64,000 nt of DNA, taken from IMG/VR virus record IMGVR_UViG_3300050501_000322. One strand, written 5' to 3'. The position numbers were made by a program, and so were the translations under genes. Shown here piece after piece: positions 44,657 through 53,336 of the stretch; positions within the stretch are counted from its first letter, which is position 1, and each line of letters begins with the position of its first letter. Under the pieces are notes generated by a model, which did no database searches, was not told where the DNA came from, and worked only from the letters and a program-made list of their open reading frames with translations. This stretch comes from a virus.

Positions 44657-45750
44657 AGCCGAACATCTCGGTCTTGATCTACACGGCCCGGGAGAATCAT
44701 CCCTATCCAGAACGTCCGGATCTGCATTGTTTCACTCCAGTTTTAGAGACTCTCTCAGCTCAGACTTTTCGCTATTTCGAGCTCGTTATCGTCGACGCGC
44801 TCTATGACTGGCGTCCCGACTACTTCAAAGGCTTCAAGAGTTTCTTCCCGATCACGCACGTCCCGTCATCGCCGAACGTTTGGCACTCGCGAGGACGACC
44901 TGGCCTCTGCGCTCAGCTAAACAAGGGTCTCGCTTGGTGTGACGGCGAGCTCGTCTGGGTCGGAGCTGAGAACAATCTTTTCCCGCCGCACTTTCTTCAG
45001 ACCGCCTGGGAGCTCCACCACGAACGAGGGAAGGTGCCGGTCGCCTGGTATGCCATCCTGAGCAACAACCCTCGTCGTCGTCCGAGCCGACTTCATCCGG
45101 TAGTAGAGTTCGAGATGTGCGGCTGGGACCAGAGAGCGATCAGCGACGTCGACCATCGGGCCGAGCGTTTTGTAGACGAGCCGAAGCTCTCCCACAGCAA
45201 CTGCCATCACCAGAATTATTTTCAGTACGCTGGCATCCCGCTCGACCTGGCTTACGAACTGAACGGATTCGACGAAAGTCTCGATGGCGATTTGAGCGCC
45301 GTAGACGTCGACATGGGAAGCAGGATTCAACTGCTTCGCGGCGATGATGCAATCGCGATGCACCGCAATCTGTGGCTTATGGAGCCACCGACAGTCAACG
45401 AATGGACGCCTGGCATCCAGCGCGGTCAGGTCATCAAATGTACTTATGCGATCTGGCAGTATAACCGCATCAAGATGAGGACTCGCGTCAACACCCCGAA
45501 GCCGGACGGCTGGGTCGACGACATCAAAACGAACATTTGTCGAAACGCTTGTCCGGTGAGAGACCGCTGCGAGGGGCACGAGCCTGGATGGGGCGAGAGT
45601 ATCCTCTTTCCGTTCTGCGAGGGGCCAGAACGGGAGGCGACCAAGTTCTGGATCGAGAATCAACCGGTACGCGACCTGCTCGCTGACGCCGAAGCAAGGA
45701 GACGAGGAGAGTCGCCTTTCAACGTCTTTACGAAGGCTGAACTGTGCTGA
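44653..45750 (+). CDS. GT-A (GT2-like) glycosyltransferase
   Basis: ISVLIYT...FELVIVD...NKGLAWCDGELV...LNGFDE...DVDMGSR. Confidence 0.7.
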   Translation: MKPNISVLIYTARENHPYPERPDLHCFTPVLETLSAQTFRYFELVIVDALYDWRPDYFKGFKSFFPITHVPSSPNVWHSRGRPGLCAQLNKGLAWCDGELVWVGAENNLFPPHFLQTAWELHHERGKVPVAWYAILSNNPRRRPSRLHPVVEFEMCGWDQRAISDVDHRAERFVDEPKLSHSNCHHQNYFQYAGIPLDLAYELNGFDESLDGDLSAVDVDMGSRIQLLRGDDAIAMHRNLWLMEPPTVNEWTPGIQRGQVIKCTYAIWQYNRIKMRTRVNTPKPDGWVDDIKTNICRNACPVRDRCEGHEPGWGESILFPFCEGPEREATKFWIENQPVRDLLADAEARRRGESPFNVFTKAELC

Positions 45751-46691
45751 CCGTCTTGGTAGCGACTGCGCGAGGGCCGAACTGTTTCACGCATCACCCA
45801 GAATGGAACCAGTTCGAGGTGCTCGGTCAGCAACTCGCAAAGCAGACGTACCGAGATTTCGAGCTTGTGCTCGTGACGCCGTTTGTAGAACAGGCGACGA
45901 GTGTCCTTTCGCACTGGCGACTGAAAGTCGTCGAACCAAGAATTACTCCCTGGAGGCGAGAGAAGCTATTTGCGGCGGCATCTGCGAGGAATACGGGTCT
46001 CGTGCACGCGAAGGGTGCCTGGGTGCTTGTGATGGACGACTGCTGCGAAATCGAGTCTGATTTTCTCGAACGCGTTGTCCACTACGCCGACCGAGGATCA
46101 GGGGTTGCCGTGATGTACAAGAAAGACGGGCAGGTCATTGACGGCAGATGGCGTCTCTTTTTGCAGGCAGCCGGAAAGAACGACCACGTCACTATTCGAG
46201 GCAATCAGGGGCCAGTTCCTTATGGGTTCATCTCGTTCCCGATCGACAGAGCGATTGCTGTCAACGGCTACGACGAGCTCCACTTCGACGGCGCTCGCGG
46301 CCTAGAAGACATGAACTTTGCTCGGCGGTTGATGCAAAACGGCCTGGCCTTCGTCATGGACCAACGCATCATGGCGACCTTGCACGATCATCTCGGCTAC
46401 CCGCCCGAGGTGATCGACAACGAGAACCAGACCGCTCGCTGCTGCAACACGGCTCACCATTTTTCAGTAAACAGCCAGGTCGCAAATCGGTCACGCTACA
46501 CTGCCGACGAGAAGCTCCAGGTTTTGAATTGCAAGTTCTGGAAAACTGACGGCAAGTGCGGCTTTCACGGCAAGGACTGTGCCTATCCGAAATGGGCGGC
46601 GAGCGGTCACCCCGTCGCCCGGCGCATTCTCGAAAATAACGAGGAAGAGCTCTTCGACCTAGCTGCCGCTCGACGAGAGATCGGCCTTTGA
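45744..46691 (+). CDS. GT-A (GT2-like) glycosyltransferase
   Basis: ARNTGLVHAKGAWVLVMDD (DxD), VNGYDE, GLEDMNF. Confidence 0.8.
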   Translation: MLTVLVATARGPNCFTHHPEWNQFEVLGQQLAKQTYRDFELVLVTPFVEQATSVLSHWRLKVVEPRITPWRREKLFAAASARNTGLVHAKGAWVLVMDDCCEIESDFLERVVHYADRGSGVAVMYKKDGQVIDGRWRLFLQAAGKNDHVTIRGNQGPVPYGFISFPIDRAIAVNGYDELHFDGARGLEDMNFARRLMQNGLAFVMDQRIMATLHDHLGYPPEVIDNENQTARCCNTAHHFSVNSQVANRSRYTADEKLQVLNCKFWKTDGKCGFHGKDCAYPKWAASGHPVARRILENNEEELFDLAAARREIGL

Positions 46692-47497
46692 AAGTCGCCG
46701 TCCTCGCCAGCGGATTTCTTCACGGAGCTTCGGCTTCCGCGAAGAACTTCAGGAAGTGCCTGCTCGACCCTCTCGACGCCGACGTCTACATTTTCACATC
46801 GAGGGAGAATGTCACAAGGGAAGTAGGATCGAAGCACCCTTCGCGGCTAACGGATAGCGACTTGAACGATGTATATGCTTCCTGGTCTCCGTACGTGAAG
46901 ACGTTCTCCTTCACAGAAGAAAATCCAAATTATGCAGGTGAGCTCTCACTGGTACTCTCAGAATACGACACGCACCTAAGAGAAAATTTCAGACCAATTG
47001 CCCCTCCGGAGTACGTGGCTCCCGAGTACCGGATGTCTTGCATCGACCAGTACCTACGGCTGGCCTACTGCTGGGACCTGCTCTATGACGAACCCTACGA
47101 TGTCGTCATCCGAGCTCGACCGGACCTGGTGTTCGAGAAGCCTCTCGAGATTGGCAAGGTCGACGAAGGTGTGCTTTACGTCCCCTGCAAAGAGGCCTTC
47201 TACAGCTCCGAAACGTCGGCGACTTATCTGAAGGAGTTTCTTTTCTGGGGTTCGAAACAAGTGATGGAGCAGATCTGCTCTCAGTGGGTCTACGCCTACG
47301 GAATTCCCGAACCTCTTTTCGCTCCCGGCGGTTCCGATTACACGCTTTGTCCCGAGCATCAGTTCGGGCTCTACGTGAAGAGCCTCGGGTTAGAAGTCGA
47401 GTTCGTGCCACTCACCGTCAGATACTCTGACGAGCATCGCGCCTACCTCATCGTCGACGGACCAGAAATCGACGGTCCCAATCGGGTGCAACTTTGA
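46688..47497 (+). CDS. putative glycosyltransferase-like protein
   Basis: KVAVLASG...YDVVIRARPDL pattern seen in viral glycan-cluster proteins. Confidence 0.55.
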   Translation: MKVAVLASGFLHGASASAKNFRKCLLDPLDADVYIFTSRENVTREVGSKHPSRLTDSDLNDVYASWSPYVKTFSFTEENPNYAGELSLVLSEYDTHLRENFRPIAPPEYVAPEYRMSCIDQYLRLAYCWDLLYDEPYDVVIRARPDLVFEKPLEIGKVDEGVLYVPCKEAFYSSETSATYLKEFLFWGSKQVMEQICSQWVYAYGIPEPLFAPGGSDYTLCPEHQFGLYVKSLGLEVEFVPLTVRYSDEHRAYLIVDGPEIDGPNRVQL

Positions 47498-48039
47498 TCA
47501 CAGGCGATCCAGGCACCTTCATCCCCCTCGTGGCGTCCTACTTCGGGCCGCACGACAACATGCTCGACGTCGGCAGCGGAGGAGGAATCGTCGGACTCGA
47601 TCACTGGCAAGTTCCTCACGACCAAATCTGGACGCTCGACATCTTTCCACCTGCCACTCCGTGGAGAAATTTCAAGCCAGGAAACGCGCTAAATACAGTA
47701 GAAATCTTCGGCGAAAAGAGCTTCGACGTTGTTATGGCCTGCGAAATACTCGAGCACCTGGAAAAAGAAGACGGACCGAGACTGCTCGGCGTGCTCGAGA
47801 AGGTCGCCCGAAGGCTCGTGATCGGCACGACTCCAAACGGCTTCCTCGAGCAGGATCCTGAGAAAGCTCCGAATGAGCCGTGGGCGAAGAATCCGTACCA
47901 GAAACATTTGTGTGGATGGTCGGCTCCGGAACTCATCGATCTCGGATACTGCGTGGTCGCAAACGGCGCTCCGCCGGTGGATCGCCGCGACATCTTCCCC
48001 GGCGCCTCTTCGCTGATCTTCTGGAAGCAGGTTTACTGA
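47494..48039 (+). CDS. class I SAM methyltransferase
   Basis: MLDVGSGG, LDI, FDVVMACEILEHL. Confidence 0.85.
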   Translation: MITGDPGTFIPLVASYFGPHDNMLDVGSGGGIVGLDHWQVPHDQIWTLDIFPPATPWRNFKPGNALNTVEIFGEKSFDVVMACEILEHLEKEDGPRLLGVLEKVARRLVIGTTPNGFLEQDPEKAPNEPWAKNPYQKHLCGWSAPELIDLGYCVVANGAPPVDRRDIFPGASSLIFWKQVY

Positions 48040-48668
48040 TCGCAGGCTGACCCGTTCTCGAACCCCCAGCTCGCATCTTGGATGCTGACGTCGTCGACGT
48101 CGCCCGAACCCTCAACGCGTGCGGGCTTGCTGCAGGCCGGGAAGGGCCACGCGCCGCGCGGCTTGGGTGCGACGCCAACCGGTGAGCCGTCGACCATGAT
48201 CGTCGAGAGCTCGCCATCGTAGCGCCAAGCAACGCGGTGCCATCCCGTGCCGGCCATCGGCACGTCGGCGAAGTGATCAAAGAGCGCCGTCACCGTCGCC
48301 TTGACGGTCGTGCCGCGAACCGTGAGGCTCCAGCCGCACGGGTTCTCCGGGCCGTCCCTAACGACGCGAACTTCTGGGTCGCTCGGCTCCAGGCGGAATG
48401 TCCCCGAGACCATGAAGGGCGGCGAGAGGTTCGGGCAAAAGAGCTCAGTAGCGTCGCCCGGAAGGCTCAGGTAGCGGTCGGTGCAAGGCGGGGAGACCTC
48501 GGGGCCGGTCCCGGTCTCCTCGTGAACGGGAGACCCCTCCGGCTGAACGATCGGCCCCGTTTCTTGAACGCTCCCCCCGTCCCGCTCCCCCTGGGTGAAC
48601 AGATCCGACTCGAACGCCTCGCCGCCGCAACCGGCGCAGAACAGGCCAATTAATGCTAGGTTTCTCAT
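48033..48668 (-). CDS. lipoprotein with a concanavalin A/LamG-like domain
   Basis: MRNLALIGLFCAGC lipobox, DGG linker, GWHRVAWRYDG...MVDG. Confidence 0.65.
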   Translation of the reverse strand: MRNLALIGLFCAGCGGEAFESDLFTQGERDGGSVQETGPIVQPEGSPVHEETGTGPEVSPPCTDRYLSLPGDATELFCPNLSPPFMVSGTFRLEPSDPEVRVVRDGPENPCGWSLTVRGTTVKATVTALFDHFADVPMAGTGWHRVAWRYDGELSTIMVDGSPVGVAPKPRGAWPFPACSKPARVEGSGDVDDVSIQDASWGFENGSACDQ

Positions 48669-48741
48669 CAGGTTCGGGCCTCCTTTCAGGCTCGTATTCC
48701 TAGCTCCGCTCGGGCGACTGAGACCGTCCGAGCGGGGCGCT

Positions 48742-48769
48742 TTCAAGATTAACCGGTTGACGGTAGAAT
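48742..48769 (+). promoter_or_regulatory. possible promoter giving a near-leaderless mRNA
   Basis: TTCAAG, 16 nt, TAGAAT ending 6 nt before ATG 48776. Confidence 0.35.
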
Positions 48770-48775
48770 GCAAAT

Positions 48776-49258
48776 ATGGCTGTCCAGAAGGAGAAGATCT
48801 TCAAGCCCGCTCCCCCCAAATTCTCGAAAGAGCTCGCCGAGAACGGAGCGAACGACCCCGAGCCGCTGTTCCTCCGCCAGCTCATTGCCGGCGACAGGGC
48901 GCTCGAATGCCGGCGAGCCGGCGAGCTCGAGCTCGCCGCCGCAGAAGGTCTGAGTTCGGCCATCAAAGTCTCGGTCATCGCTCTTTTACTCTCGCTAGTG
49001 ATGGGCGGCGTCGTGCTGATCTTTCATCTGCCAGCGTGGGCCGTACTCGCTGTCTCGTCGGGAGGGATGGCCTCTGCGGTTCTCGTGTGCCTCTCTTTGA
49101 GAGCCGACGCCAAGAAGCGCGGCGACACTCTTCTGTTCGAAGCCAAGATGGCCGATATGGAAAGTCGAGCGCTCGTCGCCGAGGGCGAGGCAAAAATCAA
49201 AGTACTGCCGCTGCCGCCCGAAGAAGAGGAACCTCAGCCGGTCGTCAAGAGCGCCTGA
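48776..49258 (+). CDS. two-TM membrane protein
   Basis: Two adjacent hydrophobic helices. Confidence 0.6.
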   Translation: MAVQKEKIFKPAPPKFSKELAENGANDPEPLFLRQLIAGDRALECRRAGELELAAAEGLSSAIKVSVIALLLSLVMGGVVLIFHLPAWAVLAVSSGGMASAVLVCLSLRADAKKRGDTLLFEAKMADMESRALVAEGEAKIKVLPLPPEEEEPQPVVKSA

Positions 49259-49569
49259 TGATTCGGTGGCTCGGCCAGCAAGAGATAGATCCGTCGGAGC
49301 TCCTCCGACGACTGCCTTCTTGCTACTCCGAGGAGTTCCAGCTCTGCTTCGACGCCTTTGACTCTCCGAATGCCGACCCAAACACCTTCACGCCCGAGTG
49401 CAAGAAGTACTACGACCTTCGGGCTTCCACATCAAGAATGGTCTGGGACGCCGCGCTCGAAGCAATGCCTTATTGCCCGGCGCCGAAGGCCGAGAAGAGC
49501 AAAACCGCGCCGCTGTGGCTCCTCGGAGCGGGGTTTGCCGGACTCTTTCTCGGCACGCTAATCAGGTAA
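49258..49569 (+). CDS. WLGQ-tag membrane protein
   Basis: MIRWLGQ; 4 Cys; C-terminal TM. Confidence 0.65.
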   Translation: MIRWLGQQEIDPSELLRRLPSCYSEEFQLCFDAFDSPNADPNTFTPECKKYYDLRASTSRMVWDAALEAMPYCPAPKAEKSKTAPLWLLGAGFAGLFLGTLIR

Positions 49570-49580
49570 AAAAGGAGAGG

Positions 49581-49859
49581 ATGATGAACTACAGTTTTTT
49601 GGCCCAAGATGGAACGATGACAGTGACCCCGAGTTCATCGGGCTTTCGGGGCTTTTTCCGGCCTTTCACACGGTTCTTCTTTCCACCGCCTCAGTTTTTT
49701 CCCCAGAACGTAGCCGCCTGCATCCCCGTCGGACCGCTCCCGGCCGGAACGCTCGGCCGTGACGCGAACGGCAATCTCACCGTCGACGGCCAGACGTACT
49801 GCAATCCGCAGGCCTCGCGCGTGGTCGCTCGTCCCTACGGACCCATCTATTATCCGTGA
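49581..49859 (+). CDS. WLGQ-tag-like protein
   Basis: SD AAGGAGAGG; MMNYSFLAQ. Confidence 0.6.
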   Translation: MMNYSFLAQDGTMTVTPSSSGFRGFFRPFTRFFFPPPQFFPQNVAACIPVGPLPAGTLGRDANGNLTVDGQTYCNPQASRVVARPYGPIYYP

Positions 49860-50092
49860 CCGCGGAGAAGATCTTCGAGCAGAAGCTCCGTAGCAGGAAT
49901 CTCACTCAGACTGCTTTTCCGCCGCGGAGCGAGGATGACGATTGGGTCGTCTGGCTCTGGTGCATCGACGACCCGGGACTCGGGGCATTCGTCGGATCAG
50001 GCGAGAAGTACGAAGACGCCTTCAGGGCGGCGCTCGACGGCTACGATCAGAACGAGGCGGCACCGGAGGAAAAGAATGCCGCTACCGCCTGA
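49856..50092 (+). CDS. hypothetical protein
   Basis: 78-aa coupled ORF. Confidence 0.5.
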   Translation: MTAEKIFEQKLRSRNLTQTAFPPRSEDDDWVVWLWCIDDPGLGAFVGSGEKYEDAFRAALDGYDQNEAAPEEKNAATA

Positions 50093-50996
50093 CTGGCCAA
50101 GTGGCCACGGACCTGAGCGCGAGCGGCGCATCCTCGAAGAGGTCAAGCGCGGCAATTACGAGCTCGACTGGTGCGTGCTCGACCTCGGCGACCTGAAAGT
50201 CAAGGTCGGCTGCGACGCGCTCAAGATCAACGGCGTGCGCGTGAGCGCGAGCGCCGTCACTCAGCAGCTCATCGCCGATGAGCTCGGCGCGCTTCTTTTG
50301 ACGCCAAGGCTCTACGACTCGATCTGGCTCAAGACGGCACCGCAGAACCGACTCGACCCGAAGCCTCAGCCGATCACGAGCTCGACGGCGGGTACGATCA
50401 ACTACTCGGCGCGCATCGACGCTCACATCCAGCAGAAGGGCTCGACCGGAGTCCTCGCCAACGTCGGAAAAGCGTGGGTCATTACGAACAAGATCTTCAC
50501 GCCTCAGGCGCGCGCCGCCCGGAAGGCTGCAAATTATGGATGGATCCTGCCCTCGCAAGGTTTCCAGGGACTCCGTGGAGAAGCGAGCCAATCAACTCCT
50601 TCATTACTTGTCGTACAAGACGTTGGTACGGCGCACTCGTCAGATCATTCGGACTATTCACAAATCATCCTGCTCGCCGCGCGAGCCGCCCGCTTCGGCG
50701 AGTTACCGGTCGACCTCTCAGCGGTCTACACGGGTCACGCACCCGGAAACGCGCTCGTGAGCCACGAGGGGCCGCTCCAAGACTACCGCCAGCCGACCGA
50801 CGTCCCTCCCGACAGCGAGCCGCCTTCAACGCTTCCGGACCCAGGATCCAAGAGCACGAGCGGCACCCGGCGCGTCATCGTTGGAGCCGGATTAGGCGGC
50901 GTCATTGGTTACTTCATCGGCGAGACGACTGGAGCGGCCGTTGGAGGGGCTGTTGGGGCTATAATGGCCCTGGCGACTCGAAGGACCCTCGCATAA
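50076..50996 (+). CDS. membrane-anchored protein with a conserved bacterial His/Asp domain (candidate cell-wall enzyme)
   Basis: SD GGAGGA; DALKI...LLTP...K-WV...NYGW...VQ...H...HSDYSQ; C-terminal Gly-zipper TM. Confidence 0.55.
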   Translation: MPLPPDWPSGHGPERERRILEEVKRGNYELDWCVLDLGDLKVKVGCDALKINGVRVSASAVTQQLIADELGALLLTPRLYDSIWLKTAPQNRLDPKPQPITSSTAGTINYSARIDAHIQQKGSTGVLANVGKAWVITNKIFTPQARAARKAANYGWILPSQGFQGLRGEASQSTPSLLVVQDVGTAHSSDHSDYSQIILLAARAARFGELPVDLSAVYTGHAPGNALVSHEGPLQDYRQPTDVPPDSEPPSTLPDPGSKSTSGTRRVIVGAGLGGVIGYFIGETTGAAVGGAVGAIMALATRRTLA

Positions 50997-51007
50997 GGAG
51001 CAAGCGC

Positions 51008-51298
51008 ATGTACGACTTTCTAGAAGCCACTCCCCAGCAACAAATTCAGGCATGGAAGCGGCCAGAGCCCCTGTTCAGCGACGGAGCCACGCTCGCGCTC
51101 GGTGCAGCAGGCCTGGCGGCCGGCGGACTCCCGGGAGCCCTCGGCGCGGTCGTGATCACGCGGGTCGGAAACACGCTCGGTCAGACGCTCTGGGACGACA
51201 TCAAGAGTGAAGCTTGGCGCAAGCCGCTCACGGTCGGCGCGATAGGCGGCCTCGCGGTGGGCGGGCTCATCGGTTACATGGCCGGCAAGCGACGATGA
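51008..51298 (+). CDS. Gly-zipper membrane protein
   Basis: MYDFLEA; two Gly-rich hydrophobic segments. Confidence 0.55.
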   Translation: MYDFLEATPQQQIQAWKRPEPLFSDGATLALGAAGLAAGGLPGALGAVVITRVGNTLGQTLWDDIKSEAWRKPLTVGAIGGLAVGGLIGYMAGKRR

Positions 51299-51543
51299 AC
51301 CAAGGCCCGCTCGACGCTTGGACGGCTGCTCACGTCGCCACCGGGCTAGGCGCGGGAGCCGTCGGTCTCTCGTTCCCGTGGGCGATGGGCCTCGCCGTAG
51401 CCTACGAGGTCGTCGAGTACGCGCACGAGTGGCCGAAGGGATCGGTTCTCTTCGGGAGCAAGCGCCCCGAGAGCGGCGTGAACGTCGCCGTCGACCTCGC
51501 CGTGTTCGCGGCGGGGTGGTGGCTCGGGAGAAAAGTGCGATGA
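51295..51543 (+). CDS. small membrane protein
   Basis: DAWTAAHVATG...YEVVEY...NVAVDL. Confidence 0.6.
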   Translation: MNQGPLDAWTAAHVATGLGAGAVGLSFPWAMGLAVAYEVVEYAHEWPKGSVLFGSKRPESGVNVAVDLAVFAAGWWLGRKVR

Positions 51544-51770
51544 ACTTCCAGTGGCTCGGGATGGTCGGGATCTGCCCGGTCGAGCACTACCATTTGAACG
51601 ACCCGACGTGCGGGATGGGCGAACCACCTCCCGGAGCCCAGACCGGCCCGCACCGGCATGAAGGATCGACGACCTGCTACAAGGAGCGTTGCTGTGGCAA
51701 GCGAGCCCCAAGAGGAGCATGCGTCAGGCCGCACTGGCACCTGAACGATCCGAGCTGGAGACCGGCGTGA
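51540..51770 (+). CDS. His/Cys-rich WLGQ-tag protein
   Basis: MNFQWLGM; HxHLNDP twice; 6 Cys. Confidence 0.55.
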   Translation: MNFQWLGMVGICPVEHYHLNDPTCGMGEPPPGAQTGPHRHEGSTTCYKERCCGKRAPRGACVRPHWHLNDPSWRPA

Positions 51771-52391
51771 ATGGCGAACCAGGTCGAGCTCCCCGACGAC
51801 GTCGAGTTCTGGTCGCGCCAGCTCACCGAGCACGCGTTGTTCCTTCACCTGCTCTTCCAGGAGGAGCCGTGGCGGAGCCAGGCCAAGAGCCTCTACGACC
51901 TCTGGCAGTCGCCAGGCGGTGACGTCGAGCGAAAGACTACCGAGCTCGTCGCATTCAAGGAGCTCGCACTCGCGCGCCTAAAGAGCGGAGCTTGGCTCGG
52001 GTGGTGCCTTCCGAGCTTCCTCGAGCACATCTTGTTCGAGGCTAAGTACTTCCGCGCGCGCATCGGCGCGGGCACGCTCGCGAGCGGCGACTGTGCGGCA
52101 TGGTCAACGATCGTGCTCGGTCATGCACTCATTGGCCCAAAGCTCATCGACCCGAACGTTGAGCGCGAGGACGCAGCAGCGGGCGTTGCGAGCTCCATCG
52201 CTAGACTAATGGGCTGCTGCCCGTCTCCGAACCACGATTGTCTCTCGCAACTCGACAAGGAGTTCCAGAAGACCAACACCTGGGTGCGCGGCCTGCCCTC
52301 GGCCACGCACATCGTCCCGCCAACGCTCGCGGCGCACATCTTGCGCGAGAACGACCGCGGCTCGCTAATGGTGAAGAAAATCGGGCAATGA
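51771..52391 (+). CDS. DUF2935 family protein
   Basis: FWSRQLTEHALFL...LEHILFEAKYF; second half repeats with GHA...AHILRE. Confidence 0.75.
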   Translation: MANQVELPDDVEFWSRQLTEHALFLHLLFQEEPWRSQAKSLYDLWQSPGGDVERKTTELVAFKELALARLKSGAWLGWCLPSFLEHILFEAKYFRARIGAGTLASGDCAAWSTIVLGHALIGPKLIDPNVEREDAAAGVASSIARLMGCCPSPNHDCLSQLDKEFQKTNTWVRGLPSATHIVPPTLAAHILRENDRGSLMVKKIGQ

Positions 52392-52564
52392 TGTTCTACT
52401 ACCCGAACCCGAACCGGCCTCCAAAGAAGTGGTTTCGCGACTGCGTGCGCGGAGTGAGGGCACGCGGCGGAGCTCGAGACGCTGAAGCGGTCTGCGGAGC
52501 GGTCTGGTACCACGAGCTTTCGCCGGCTGCTCGCCGTCGCATCTCGAGGAAACGTGAGCGGTGA
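52388..52564 (+). CDS. small basic 'NP' protein (58 aa)
   Basis: MMFYYPNPNRPPKKWFRDCV...AVCGAVWYH; coupled at both ends. Confidence 0.55.
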   Translation: MMFYYPNPNRPPKKWFRDCVRGVRARGGARDAEAVCGAVWYHELSPAARRRISRKRER

Positions 52565-52686
52565 GGCTCCACTGGATCGGTCAGCAGGGCGAGGTTCCGC
52601 GAAGTAGCGCGGTCCCACTCGCACTCGCCATCGCCGGCGTCGGGCTCGTCATATTCTTTGCAACATTGAAACAAGTAAAAGAATGA
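52561..52686 (+). CDS. WLGQ-tag small membrane protein (41 aa)
   Basis: GTG start; MRLHWIGQ...LALAIAGVGLVIFF. Confidence 0.55.
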   Translation: MRLHWIGQQGEVPRSSAVPLALAIAGVGLVIFFATLKQVKE

Positions 52687-53336
52687 GCGACTGCGGCACA
52701 GGATGTCCTCCAGCCCAACCAGGGCCGCCTGGACCGCGGGGGCCGGCCGGGCCTCAGGGACCTCCCGGACCGGCTGGCAGTGGCGGAGTCGGCCCTGAGG
52801 GACCGCCTGGCCCAGCGGGGGCGGACGGAGCGCCAGGAGCAGCAGGAGCGCCAGGAGCAGCAGGAGCTGCCGGGCCGACACTGGTCGCGATTCCGGTCTA
52901 CGCCTACGAAGCCATCGGCGCCGGCACGCCCGAGCTCGTTCAGCGTAACGGCCACCAACTCGTCGCCTTCGCTACTGGCGAGAGCGTAGACCTAAAGGGT
53001 CGATTGCCGGCGAACTACAATTCCGCAGTGAATCTAACTGTTCAGGTTAACGGCATCTCAGCGACTGCGACCACCGGCAATGTCACCATCGGCCTCGAGT
53101 TCGACTCACTCAACACCCAAGACTTCGACGCTAACACCTTCGCCGCCCAGCAAACGAACACGACAGCCGCCAGCGGGACGAGCGGGGTGATCTTCACACA
53201 CACCTTCTCCCTCACCGCCGCCCAGATCGACAGTATTCCGGCGAGCGGCCTCTTCCGGCTCAGACTCGCTCGGGTTGCTACAGGAGACACCATGACAGGC
53301 GACTGGCAGGGTGTGGACGTAGTGATATTCCAGTAA
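52683..53336 (+). CDS. collagen-like spike/fibre protein
   Basis: MSDCGTGCPP, about 18 Gly-X-Y triplets, beta-rich head. Confidence 0.75.
   Translation: MSDCGTGCPPAQPGPPGPRGPAGPQGPPGPAGSGGVGPEGPPGPAGADGAPGAAGAPGAAGAAGPTLVAIPVYAYEAIGAGTPELVQRNGHQLVAFATGESVDLKGRLPANYNSAVNLTVQVNGISATATTGNVTIGLEFDSLNTQDFDANTFAAQQTNTTAASGTSGVIFTHTFSLTAAQIDSIPASGLFRLRLARVATGDTMTGDWQGVDVVIFQ

Noticed and set aside
28227-52686. WLGQ starts as integron-like or DNA-level cassette repeats
   Set aside because: Synonymous variation between copies and no attC-like palindromes between genes
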